Source of the DNA: Microbotryum violaceum
Lineage: Eukaryota
Length of the DNA stretch: 64,000 nucleotides
Direction of reading: 5' to 3'
NCBI GenBank assembly: GCA_001244265.2
Contig: CDLV01000008.1
Location: forward strand, 1,984,001-2,048,000
Below are positions 46,869-58,257 of the stretch, one piece after another; the stretch's first letter is position 1, and each line of letters begins with the position of its first letter. Both the position numbers and the translations under genes were made by a program. The notes below the pieces were generated by a model, which was given only the letters and a program-made list of their open reading frames with translations, searched no databases and was not told where the DNA came from.

Positions 46869-49757
46869 TTATTTCACATTCTTGAGTGCTTCCAGCACCT
46901 CGTCGAGCCCATCATCATGCGCGCCCTTCGCCCTCTCCTTCGCACGCTCCTTCTTGACCTTCTCGGACCGCTTCGAAGCCTCCTCGATCGCCGCAACATC
47001 GACCAACGCCTCTCCACCTGCCTCTCCACCTTCCCCGTTGGTCAAAACCTTGGATTTCTTACCCTTGAACCTGGTCTCGAAAATCTCATCGACCTCGTCT
47101 TTCTTCCTCTTTTTGCGCTTCGAGTCGTCCGCCGAAGCGGTCAAAGTAGCCGCAGCGGCTGCCGCTTCGGAAGCCGTCTTAAGTCCCTTGAGCTCGACAT
47201 CCCTCTGCCTCATTTTGGTCTTCCAATCCTCCCTCCTCCGTTCCCACAACGGCAACTCCAATTTTTTCGCCCAAAAATGCGCCCACGGCGATTGTTGCAA
47301 GAATGGCAATTGCCCCTCCTGGCTGATGGATTGGGCAATTTTGTCCTTGAGGAAGACATCGGCGACGGCCCAGCAGTGTTCGACGAGGCGGGAACCGATC
47401 CGGTCGTCGGCGAGAGTGTGGTAGTGCCCTATCAGGGAGAGGAGGAAGCCGCGAATCTCGCGCGGTGGGGTCGTCGGTGAGTCGAGGAAAGCGTCGATCA
47501 GCCGCGACGAGGTCGGGTTCCGCGTCAGAGGGGTCAGAGCCTCGATTTTGAACGAGCTCAACGAGTCGTAGAGAGCCTGGGAATGAGGTGCGTGTAGCCG
47601 GGCAAATGCTTGCAGCAGTAGAGAACCTTGTACGGTAGGCTCGACCGTGACGTGCGAGGGAAGCTTGCGGTAGTACTCGAGTCGGTTCAATGAGAGTACG
47701 CAGGGAATCATCAAGAGCCGTTCCTCCGGTGTATGCAGACCAAAGGTGTCGAGGATGAGCTGTGAGATAGTCCGGCCGAGTCAGCCTAATGTATTCTTAA
47801 CAACACGAAACAAAAACTCACATCAGAAACCTCCTTCTCGGCACTTTCCAAGGCAGAAGCGCGTTCGAGCAGCATCTTCATCACCCCTGTCCTCGAGTTG
47901 TCGACCCACTTGGCCCTTCTCTCCCTCGCAATCTGACTCAGTTCCTCCACAGCCGAGACGAAGAGGTCTTTATCCAATCTGGACAAAGCGACAGCGACGA
48001 CGAAGTTGGCGACGGCGTTTCCGGCCAAGCGATGCAGTTTGCCGGCGAAGAAATTGGTCCACAACGCCTTGACGATGCGGTCGGGGGCTTGTTGCAGGAT
48101 CGTTTCGAGCGTCGGGGCCGAAGCAGGGTGCCGCAACAGACCACCGAGGTACTCTTCTCGAAGGTTCGTGCGCGCCTCGGTCGTAGTGTCGGGTTTTTTG
48201 ACTTCTTCAATCAGGCCGCACAGGACTCGATCGGCCCACCCGCCAATTCGCCACCCTTTGGGTCGAGCGGCCTCCAACTCGATCAAGATGCGGACCGCCG
48301 GTCCCGCGACCGCGTCCATCGCCGCTTTTCTGACCCCATCACCTGGAATACCCGCCGAGGAAGACGACAACACGCCCGAGCTGGTCTCGATTACCTCCAA
48401 CGTCGTCCACATCGCCTTGAGCGCGTCGTCAAACTCTTTCGGCACGGAACGAGTCTTTTTGCCTTTGTCTGTCGACGAATCGACGGCTCCGTCGGCCGGT
48501 CCGAGGAATGACTTCATCGATCCTTGTGCTTTGCGGAACTGTAGAGATCGCTTCGATCGCTCGGCACCACCGGATTGACCTTCGGCTGTCGGTGCTTGGC
48601 CCGCGACAAGGAGTAGCAAGGCGCGGAGGCAGTGGGACCCGAAGGAATCGTACAGGAGGCTTGGGAGCTCGGGCACGAGTTCGGTGATGATGGAGATGAC
48701 GAGGGTCGACATGGTCGGCAATGAGGACGAGGATGTCGACGCTGTCGGCGGTAAGGCGATGATGCCTCGGGTCTGCCACCAGAAGAGTAGCTCTTGATCA
48801 GTCGCATGGCCATCCTGATGACTCGAGACCCTTTCCAGCATGGTACCAACTCACTTCTCGATCGACGGTTTCTCCTGCCAACATAAATAACGTCTGCAAT
48901 ACATGACTGGCGCGTTGATGTCGAACCAGTCGATCATAGTTTCCCGTGAAGCGATCGGCGAGAACCCTCTTGGCAAAATCGTCCATCGAGTACAGCAGTC
49001 GCTCCAAAATGACGCTCGTCTCTGTATCACCTGCAAGCGCCAACTCGTTGCCGGACAAGGCCTCCAACGCCGATCGTAGCATTAGAGGTCGGTCGTCCTC
49101 CTCGTCCTCTTCCCCCTCGACGGCTCTGTGCTGGCGTCCGACGCCCAACGATTCCATCTCGGCGATTTGTTGATCTACTTGCTGAAAGTAGGCCTTTGTG
49201 TCTGGATCACATTCTGGTAAAGCATTGGGATCGACAGGCACAGCAGGTCCCGAGCCGGAGGGGCGATCCTCGCGCTGGGAGTCCCCGTTCGCTGGATTTG
49301 AGGTCGACGCTACGGCACGATGGGGCAGTGCGGTCCAAGGCATCTCGGACTTTTTGTGTCGAGCACGCTTCTCGGCCAGTTCTTGGGCTCGAGCAGCCTG
49401 TTCCTGCTGCTCCCGCTTGAGCTGTTGAGACGAAGACGACCACAAGAAGCGAGAGCGAGTTAGCGGGCTGCGAAGCTGGCAGTGGGGGGCCATGAATGTG
49501 CCATGATGCACGTCTGCGTCATGCAAAGCTCCTGATGAGGTTATGTGACTGTCTCCCACATGCTCCGGGGGTACCCCATGACCCGCGATGGCTTGAAGGG
49601 AGCTGGGTGAATGCACCTGCGCGACCTGGCTGCGAAGGCCTCCCGTGGCCTCGACGGAGGACGGATCCAGGTCTGCGACTGAGGGTTGTAGGTCTTGGCT
49701 TACCTGCTTGGCTTCCTTTTTAGCATCAGCGCCGCGTCGTTGACGAGGTCGAGGCAT
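46869..49757 (-). CDS. NOP9: Nucleolar pumilio-repeat protein Nop9
   Basis: DPDTKAYF, SVILERLL, ASHVLQTL, GSHCLRALL, ANFVV, GSLLLQ, SSRLIDAFL, GSRLVEHCW and a basic C-terminus with DEVDEIF. Confidence 0.9.
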
Positions 49758-50443
49758 GTCGCCTGGTCGGTCGCTTGTTCGCACGAGGCGGTGAGCGGAA
49801 GGAGCGAGCAACGCAACAACTCGAGTTGGTCTCCGCGGCAACGCTGGGCACGGGTTATGAGAGTGGTTACGAGGCGAAGGTCTTCATGCCTGCTACGAAC
49901 GGGCGGATTGACATTCACTTTCGGTTGACAAAGTAACAAAGCGGGATGAAAGTTTTAGAATAAAATCCTTGAATTATTGCTTGATACATCGCGCGTTACT
50001 TTCCAAGTAGCCCCTGTCACCTTAACGCCACTCGGACTCAAACAGTTGCTAGCTCTGAAGACACGCCCAACACCTCTCCGTTAATCAAGAAAGGCAACTA
50101 AATAACTGGGGCGTATTGTATAGATGCTCTCCAACTAAGCTATTGAAATGAATGCTCTCTGGTCCGAGGCCCAGGTCAATGAAAAGGGACTATGTAGGCC
50201 CTCGAGTCACGTGAGCGAAATTGAAACCGCCAGGGCCTGCGGGCCAGCCCGCCACCTCGGGGCGCCGAGCGGCTCCAGATGAGCTCCCCCACCTCCTCTC
50301 CGGCTACCTCGTCCGTGATTTTCCTTCGACCACCCACCAGTCTCTCGTCATGACGGAAAGAACACTTGATACCACCACGTCCTACAACCTACGCACCCTC
50401 GCCCATCTCACCATCGAACTCGGTCAAGCGTCGCACGTCGGCC

Positions 50444-51353
50444 ATGCCTCTTAGTACTTCTGCCACGCCGACGACTCCCTCGGCAGCGGTGACGGATTGG
50501 CAACTCTCGGCGATCGAAGTCTTGACCGAATCAGGCCTCATGTTCGCCCATTCCTCCGCCTTGTTGTTCAAACCTCCGGCCAAATTGAGGGGGTGGCGTG
50601 GGTTGATCGCTCAATGCCGACAGATGACGGATACGCCGGGGCATCTACATAATCATGAGCACGGCGACCGCGTCGATCGGGATTTGAGCGAGAGCCCGAG
50701 ACCTGGTCGCTACATCTACAAAGCTAGTGAGTCGGATCTGGAGCTGAAGTGTGGAAGTGCGGTTTCCTCAAGGACTTTGATACACTCTACAGTCGACGGC
50801 GGCGAAGGGTGTACGGGCTCGTGCTCGAAGTGCGCCAGCGCGAACGCCTCGAATCCATCGGCGGCGACGCGAGCCTCCTCTTGCCTCTTGTACCCGCTTC
50901 GCCCGACCCATCTCCCTCACCAGCTTTGACTGAATCGAGTATCATGCGACCATCTTATCTAACGAATGCTCAACATAAACACCAATTGCAGCTGCAACTT
51001 CGGAAACGTTAGTTCGGTTCCCGCCCATTGTCGTTGGTGGGCAGGCCGAGGCTGAAGATCTTGACTACGCTCGAATTTCAGACGATGCTCTCCATCCCTG
51101 GGCTCTATGGTCGAACTCGCTAGATTCAAGGTCAGTCCGGTACATTATCCAGGACTTCCACTTCTAACCAGCTGACACAAACCACTCCCTTCCATTTCAC
51201 ATCCGCAACATGTTCCACTGGTGCGTCAAGTTCCTCTCCAAGGCTATCGTTGTCTCGGCGCAAAAGAGTGTCGACTTCCTAGAAGGCCTCCTCGCCGACG
51301 ATCCAACAGAGGCTTCCTTCAAAAAGGGTGTGCAGAAGCGGATTGGCAGTTGA
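50444..51353 (+). CDS. Possible small spliced gene of unknown function
   Basis: ORF from ATG 50444 plus a downstream coding-like segment ending KKGVQKRIGS*. Exon structure unresolved. Confidence 0.3.
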
Positions 51354-51651
51354 AGGTGCAGGCTCATGGAAAAGGCTTGAATGTGGTGATTTACGTGCAT
51401 ACGCTAGTAGTGATTTACGAATTCTTGGAATGAGATGTGTCAGAGAGTATGATGTTGGTTCCCATATAGATTTCCGACATGTCGGCGCGTCTGCTGTCTG
51501 TCGCGCCTCGCGCATTGCTCAAGTGCGCTTGACACAGCTCTATTTCTTTCTCTTCGACTATCTTACCGTTGATCGTGCGGTAAAGAGAAACGCCGCAATA
51601 CGGGAACTCTATTCCACAAGAGATGCCACCCGAGTGTTCCCTCTTTCCTCT

Positions 51652-53949
51652 TTACGATCGCCCTCCGACGATCCCCCACGTATTCCTCATCCACTCCAAC
51701 TGCCCCTCGATCGCCGCCTTCTTATTCTCCGCCCGCCTGAACCCATGCCCTTCCCCTTCAAATAACACCAACTCACATTTCCCCTTGTTCGCCAAAACGA
51801 CCTCCTTCATCTTCTCGGCCTGTTCGGGAGGCACAACCTTATCCTCCGTACCTTGGAGCAACAACAACGGTGCGCGAATCTTGTCGGCGTTGTACAGGGG
51901 CGATCGATCGTGGTACACTTCAGGGATCTCCTCGTTCGTCCCTCCGACCAAACCGAAGAGGTATTGACTCTCAAATTTGTGCGTGTCACCCGCCAAGAGC
52001 GCGAGATCGGAAACGCCATAATGGGAGATCCCACAGGTGAACACGTCCGGCGCCGCACACAGCGCCGCAAGGACCGTGAACCCTCCGGCTGAACCTCCCG
52101 TGATACCGACGCGTTGAGGATCGACGTACCCTTTCGAAGCGAGGAATTTGGCGCAAGAGACCACATCTGAAACGTCCGCGATACCCCATTGACCGGCCAA
52201 GCGTTGACGATAGGCTTTCCCGTACCCTGCTGAACCGGCATAGTCGACACCGCAGTATGCGAACCCTCGCGAAGTCAAGAGTTGGATTCCCCATTCGAGG
52301 CCACGGCCGGTCGACGACGTGGGTCCACCATGGGCGTAAATGAGCAAAGGGGGCTTCTCCTTCGGATCCGAACTGCCGTTGGGGTGGTCTTTGTTCGTAG
52401 GCGGGAAAAAGACGGCGTACGAGTCGGTACCGTCTTCGGCGGGGAAAGTGATTTCTTGACCGATCGAAATGTAACCCGGGTCGACCGAAGCGGACGACTC
52501 GGTCTCGAGCACACGCGGTTCCGAACCCTCGGACGCGAGGTCGATCAAGGCAAGCACGGCCGGCGTGGTTGCAACAGAGGCTTCGACCACGACTTGGGTC
52601 GGCGAAATGACCGTTATCGAGTGGATGGCCTGATAAGGCACCGAAATGACCTCGGACGAGCCCGACTCGATGTCGATTACTCGCAGATCGCCTCCTTTGG
52701 CCACCGAGATCCATTTTTTGGAGTCGAGGAAAGCGTGCGTCACCGTGCCAAAGACCCAATCGGGAGCTGTTCAGCAGAAAGGTGATGCAAATCCTCGACA
52801 AGTCAGAGAAAAGACCGCGTATGAAATCGTGTACATCTCGGGAGAGGGTTCGGCATCACTCACGTCCGACATCGTGCGCAGTTGGCTCGGCTAAGACCAT
52901 CTTTGCTTCTTTGCCTTCGGTCCATTGATACAGCTCATTGTAGCCCGTTCGGTCGCACAAAAATACCAATCGGTCCTCAATCTCGGCCCAACGCGCTTGG
53001 CTGACGGCCTCGACGTTCTTGACTTGCCCGGCGATGACCTGTTTAGCCGCGACGTTGACCTCGATCGACTTCTTGTCGTCGGACAGGCGCACGGGGGCGA
53101 CGCAGAGCAACGATCCTTCCCAGGGCATATCGGGCATATACCATTCGATCCACGAGACGTATTTACCTGGCGACGCGAAACAACCAGAGCGTGAGTTAGT
53201 AGCCGACCGTTGCTAGTCTAATACAAGACCGAAACAGCTCTGCACTTGCCCGAAGGTGAGAAGGCTGGGCACGAGTAGAAATCGGCGCCCGCGACGACGA
53301 CCTTGGGCGTGGCTTCGATGGAGGTATCCATCAAAACAATGTTGTTGACCACTTTGGCCGGCTCATCGATGGTGTGGTCCTCGTGGACAGCGAGGATCAG
53401 GGACGAGGCTCGGGGGTGGGCCGAGGAGAAGTCGGCGTAACGATCAACTTTGGATTCTGTGGTGTAGAGCGAGTCGAGAGCGTGTGAGCATAGTGCACAG
53501 GTAAAATTTGATCGTTCTATCTCGCTGGACGGACCCTTTGTGACCCTCTTGGGTTGTTGCCATTCGCCACCCTCGGCCTTGGGCTCGACGACCCAGCTCC
53601 CGCCTTCGACGTGCTCAAACACGAGCCCGCCATTCCCGAGCGTCGCATACGATCCACCGCCGTACTCATGTACCCTCGAACGAGCGTTCCATTTCTCGTC
53701 GGGGAGCACTTCGATTTTGGTGAATCTGGCGTCGGACGCTGCGGAGGTGGCACTGGGGAGAAGCAGTTGGGCGAGGGCGTTGCGCCCCTTTTGGGACGGC
53801 CTATTCTCGAGCCAGTACAGGGAAGAGGACGCCTTGTTGTAGAGAGGCATGGACAGGCCGATGAAGGAGCCCAGCACGAGGTCGAGTGTGATGGGCGACT
53901 CGAACGAGCCGAACTTGTCCCTAGAGCCGGTGGTGGTGGCGGATGACAT
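51652..53949 (-). CDS. Prolyl oligopeptidase family S9 (dipeptidyl/acylaminoacyl-peptidase-like)
   Basis: HGGPT, nucleophile motif GGSAGG, LLQGTEDKVVPP and EGEGHGFR. N-terminal ARSRVHEYGGG and MPWE propeller motifs. Confidence 0.92.
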
Positions 53950-54220
53950 GGTGCGATAGCTGTTGGAGCTGAGCGTGGACAACAACGAGCGCAAACCGAG
54001 ACGGGTGAAGGAGCCGATGATGACTGCGGTACGTGGGCTTCGTGTCCGGGATAGAAGTGATGGAGACGTGCGCGGTGCAGAACGTAGAGAGTGCTATTCT
54101 AGAGCGTCGCTTGGGTTTGAAAATTTGAGCGGTTCGAGCGCTTAGCCGACCACCACCCGACCGGCGCCCCACATGGTGGCACGCGCACCACGCGGTCTTC
54201 CTCCGCCGCTGAGACTCGCT

Positions 54221-54484
54221 CTCAAGTGCGATGATACTGGGGTCGATAGAGCCGCCGCTAGCCCAAAGTCGTTGCTGTTCGGTTTAGATGATAACGCGCT
54301 CGAGCCCTGCTCTACTTCCATTGCTTGTTCATCCTACGTCTCCTCTTAGGAGGAGGATGGAAGTCAGGAAGAAGAGGAGACGTAAGGAAGTAGAGCAGGG
54401 GTCGAGCGCGTTATCATCTAAACCGAACAGCAACGACTTTGGGCTGGCGGCGGCTCTATCGAGCCCGATATCATCGCACTTGAG
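54221..54484. repeat. Long inverted repeat (hairpin) with ~99-bp arms
   Basis: 54221-54319 is nearly the reverse complement of 54386-54484, with an inner TACGTCTCCTCTT/AAGAGGAGACGTA pair. Confidence 0.9.
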
Positions 54485-54969
54485 CTCGGCTGATCCGAGC
54501 CCGATCTCGTCTTCAACACCTCTCTCGTCGTTGGCACCTCCGACTTCACCACGCTCCAAGAGACCCGCACCGACGAAAGGCCGACCACTCGCGCCCCGAA
54601 GGGAACAGCGCTCGCACCCTCTCCTCTATCTTCTGGTTCAGTGTCTCTTCCCTCTCTCCACCCCCTTCCATTGCATTTAAGAGTCGATCACAACGGGAGC
54701 GCTTCGAGCGATGTTGGAAAAGGCGGGTCTTCTTCACAGACCTTGTCGCCACCCTCATCCCGGAGCGCTCCCGCCTGTACGTCCTTTCCCCTACTTTTCG
54801 AGACTTTCCTGACCCTCGAATACTTACTTTTTGAATTCACGGAAATGCGAAGTCCGCTCGCATCTCAAATTCCGACTTCGACGTCTGCCAGACGGCGAGC
54901 TTCTGGAATTCTAGACCAGACGATGTGAATTGACGTTTTCTCTCGAGCTTCTGGCCCACGGCATGCTGT

Positions 54970-55178
54970 TATGAGGAGCAGCGCAGTGAGCAAACGAAGA
55001 TGCCGAGTAGAAGAGGATAGGGAACGTTAAGGGAAAAGAGAGGGAGAGCCGCGCTAGTCGCTGCCTCGGGTAATCTAAGTCAGAATCTAAAGAGGTCCGA
55101 GCGCGCCCGAGTTCCCATCCCCCAATCTCCGTATGCTGGAGTTGAGAGCGCCCCTGCAATGTAGTGTACACGATGACA
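54970..55178 (-). mobile_element. Short interspersed repeat / solo-LTR-like insertion, copy 2
   Basis: Same termini as 4839-5127. Flanked by an exact 22-bp direct repeat CTTCTGGCCCACGGCATGCTGT (54948-54969, 55179-55200). Confidence 0.8.
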
Positions 55179-55758
55179 CTTCTGGCCCACGGCATGCTGT
55201 GAGGCTTCGTAGTACATTGACTAGGCTTCCTAGTACATTGACATCACTGTCTCCTGCTCGTTGATTCGTTTCGATGAGTTTTTTTTGAGTCAACCGAACA
55301 AAATACGGAGTAGTCAACACAAACCAAATTCACCTTAGAAGCGTAAGCGTATAAAATCATCTTGAAGATTGATGAGTCAGCAGTTTGGCGCCCCCGAACG
55401 CGCTCCGCATCATGCCGAAACGGCGTGACTCGACCTCGTTTACTCTGGCCCACGCGGATACGAGTCAACGCTGCAATCCAGCTGCTCACTTCGAGCTCTT
55501 GGGGTTGAATGTACCTATTTGTAGATATCTAGGTGGGTACATCAGTCATTGCTCAAATGCAGGCTTGCCCACTCAGGGCTCAACTTCGCGCATTCGGTGA
55601 CCGGCACTGATCGTGCTTTCGCAGGCTTCCCTCTTGTTCCGGTTCTCATTCTTCACTCTCGCCAACCACGAGCTCGCCGAGAGCTCAAGATCTTGTGTCT
55701 TTACCAAGGCACATCCTCCCCTCCCACACCTGCCGACTGAACTCGCCCCTCAGGCCTT

Positions 55759-57987
55759 ATGGGTCCCCAAGCTCAAGTCAAGGTCTTGCTCGCGACCTTA
55801 GCCGATCTTCCTTTCCTGGCCGTCGTCAACCGTCGATCGCTCGGTCACTTGCCCATCACCAAAGCTATATGGGGCAAAGTACCCGAACCTCTCGTCGACG
55901 ATTACCACGTCCGAGACTTTACCCAAATGTTGCACAATGACAAGGTCACGTTGCAAAAGGCCGAAGTCGACGGCAAAATCGTTGGGATGGGCGTTTGGCA
56001 CCAACCGGGATATAAGCCCGATCCCGAGATCGAGTTTCCTCCCGGCGCGAATATCGAGGTCTGCAACGAGTTCTTTGCTTCGATGGCACTTGACCATGGG
56101 AGACCTGGATATCGTAAATCTCATTTTGCTGCAGTCCGCCTCCGGGTCGTCTCCCGGTGATTGACTGACTCTGTTCTCTCCTTGCACCCTTTGATACGAC
56201 AGACTTGGCTGTCCTCGGCGTCCTTCCTGAATACCAGGGTCGAGCGATAGGACGAGCTATCCTGGGATGGGGCATGGCACAAGCGGATGCGTCAAATCAC
56301 AGCATTTTCCTCGAATCGACCGAAGGTGGGTTTGGTCGATGAGACGTTCATGGAGCCGTTGTTACACGAGAGCTGATCGGAGTGTACGCTCATCCTTGTA
56401 CAGACGGGATCCGCACATATCTCAAGAACGGCTTCTACCACATCCGAGAGTTGCTGGCTTCGGGACCAGATCGGAGTTTCACTGTATGTTTGGCTTTAGC
56501 TTACCCCTATGCGCAGACACTTGATTGATGGCGGTGGTACTCGAACGCAGGTCCACCCAATGCATCGACCCTCACGTTTCGAGCTCTCGCCAGATCCGTC
56601 TCGCTTCAGCATCCAACCCGTAATGCCCGAAGACCTTGCCCGGATTGCCGAGATTCAAGTATCCTCCGAAACGGCGAACTTTCACTCGAGCCAAGAGATC
56701 GTAGCAACGTATAAGGCGCAACTCAAGGATGATCGAGCTTTCAGGATCTACAAAGCCGTCGATCGTTTGAGTGGGAACATCGTTGCGGCCGCGAGTTGGC
56801 GAACGCCTTATGCATTGCTTCGAGATGATTCACCCTCGCCGTTCGGAAAGGGGCGGATTGGGCTGATCTCGTTGGTTGTGGACGCGACGGCGCAGGTCCA
56901 AGGGCTCGAGGAGGTCTTGCTTGCTGCGGTTAATCCGGAAGCTGAGAGGATGGGATGGACCATTGCGTCGACGAATGGAGCCAGCTCCAGTCAAAGTGAC
57001 GGGGCGACGCAGAACGGCGGGGCCCGACAAGGTCGAGTGAGCCCATGACCGGGCTTTACGGGATCATGCGTAGACGGAGGAGACATCTGACTTGTGCTCT
57101 GTAACGTGGCTTTGAATTTTATCAAATATCCCAGTGGGTTTACTTTTCCCCGGGAGCAGGCACCACCTCTCATTCACTGCGCATCATCTCCCCAGCAACC
57201 CCTGAAGACTTCTCCGAGATCGCCCGCGTCCGCCGGCAAGCCTTCGAGCCGTCACTCGTCCATCAAACGCTATTTGGAAAAACGGATCCAGAGGATTTTG
57301 ATCGATGGACGGTCACGCGGTTGCAAAAGTCTTTCCAGGCGCCTCACCAAGCGACTTGGGTTGCGCGATTGGAGGGCAAGATTGTTGGGTTTGCCCGGTG
57401 GGACTTGCCCCATGATCAGGAGGTATCAGAGAAGGATGCGAAGATGGAGGTGGTAGATAAGCGTGGAAAGGCTTCGCCGAAGTACATACCAGGGACGGAA
57501 GCAGAATTGGCGGATCATCTTTTCGGCCAATTGGGAAAGACCGAGGGAACAACACAGTGCTACCGTGCGTGCAGTGGTCTCTCCACAGGAGACGGCGAGT
57601 AACCAACCAATACAGCGTTGCCTGACCCCAGAAGTGTGTTTGTATTGTCTCACAGAGTTAGGTTCCTTCTGTGTCGACCCCAAGTATCAAGGTCAAGGGA
57701 TCGGATCCGCGCTTATACGATGGGGTCTCGACCGAGCCGATGAGGATGGCGTGCCGTGTTACACCGACGCCAGCGTGGTCGGGCTGCCCGCATACAAGAA
57801 AGCCGGATTTGAGACATACACTGCGCCTGTTTATGGGGTCGGAGTAAGGAGTTGGTGGTAAGTGAGCAAGGGGCCGAAAGAGAGGCTGCGGCCGGGGGCA
57901 AACTGTCGGACTCTCTGATGCGAGTTTACTGCCATCGAACAGCTTTATCCAATGCGACGCCCGCCCCGACGCAAGCCGACAGAGTAG
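55759..57987 (+). CDS. GNAT N-acetyltransferase, apparently three tandem GNAT domains
   Basis: Motif A appears as LGVLPEYQGRAIG, degenerate LVVDATAQVQGLE and FCVDPKYQGQGIG, each preceded by a GKIVG/GNIVA strand. The exons join in frame. Confidence 0.75.
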
Positions 57988-58257
57988 AACTTTTTTTATT
58001 TTGAGTGCTATCGGGTGTCTTTGCAATGACAGCCTTGATCCAAGCCGACAGAGAGTGTCTAACACAGCAGTCGAGCGAAGCCGCAGTGATTCGTAAACGA
58101 ACTTAAGGAGGTCACAGACGAGATCCATTGCGCAACATAACATAGTTTCCCCCCGTATGACATATAGAAGCAAAGTTACAAAGACTTTGAAGAAAATGAG
58201 CGATACCCTGAAGCCAAGTCAAGAACAGATCAAACTCTTCGATTTTTTGATCCGTCG

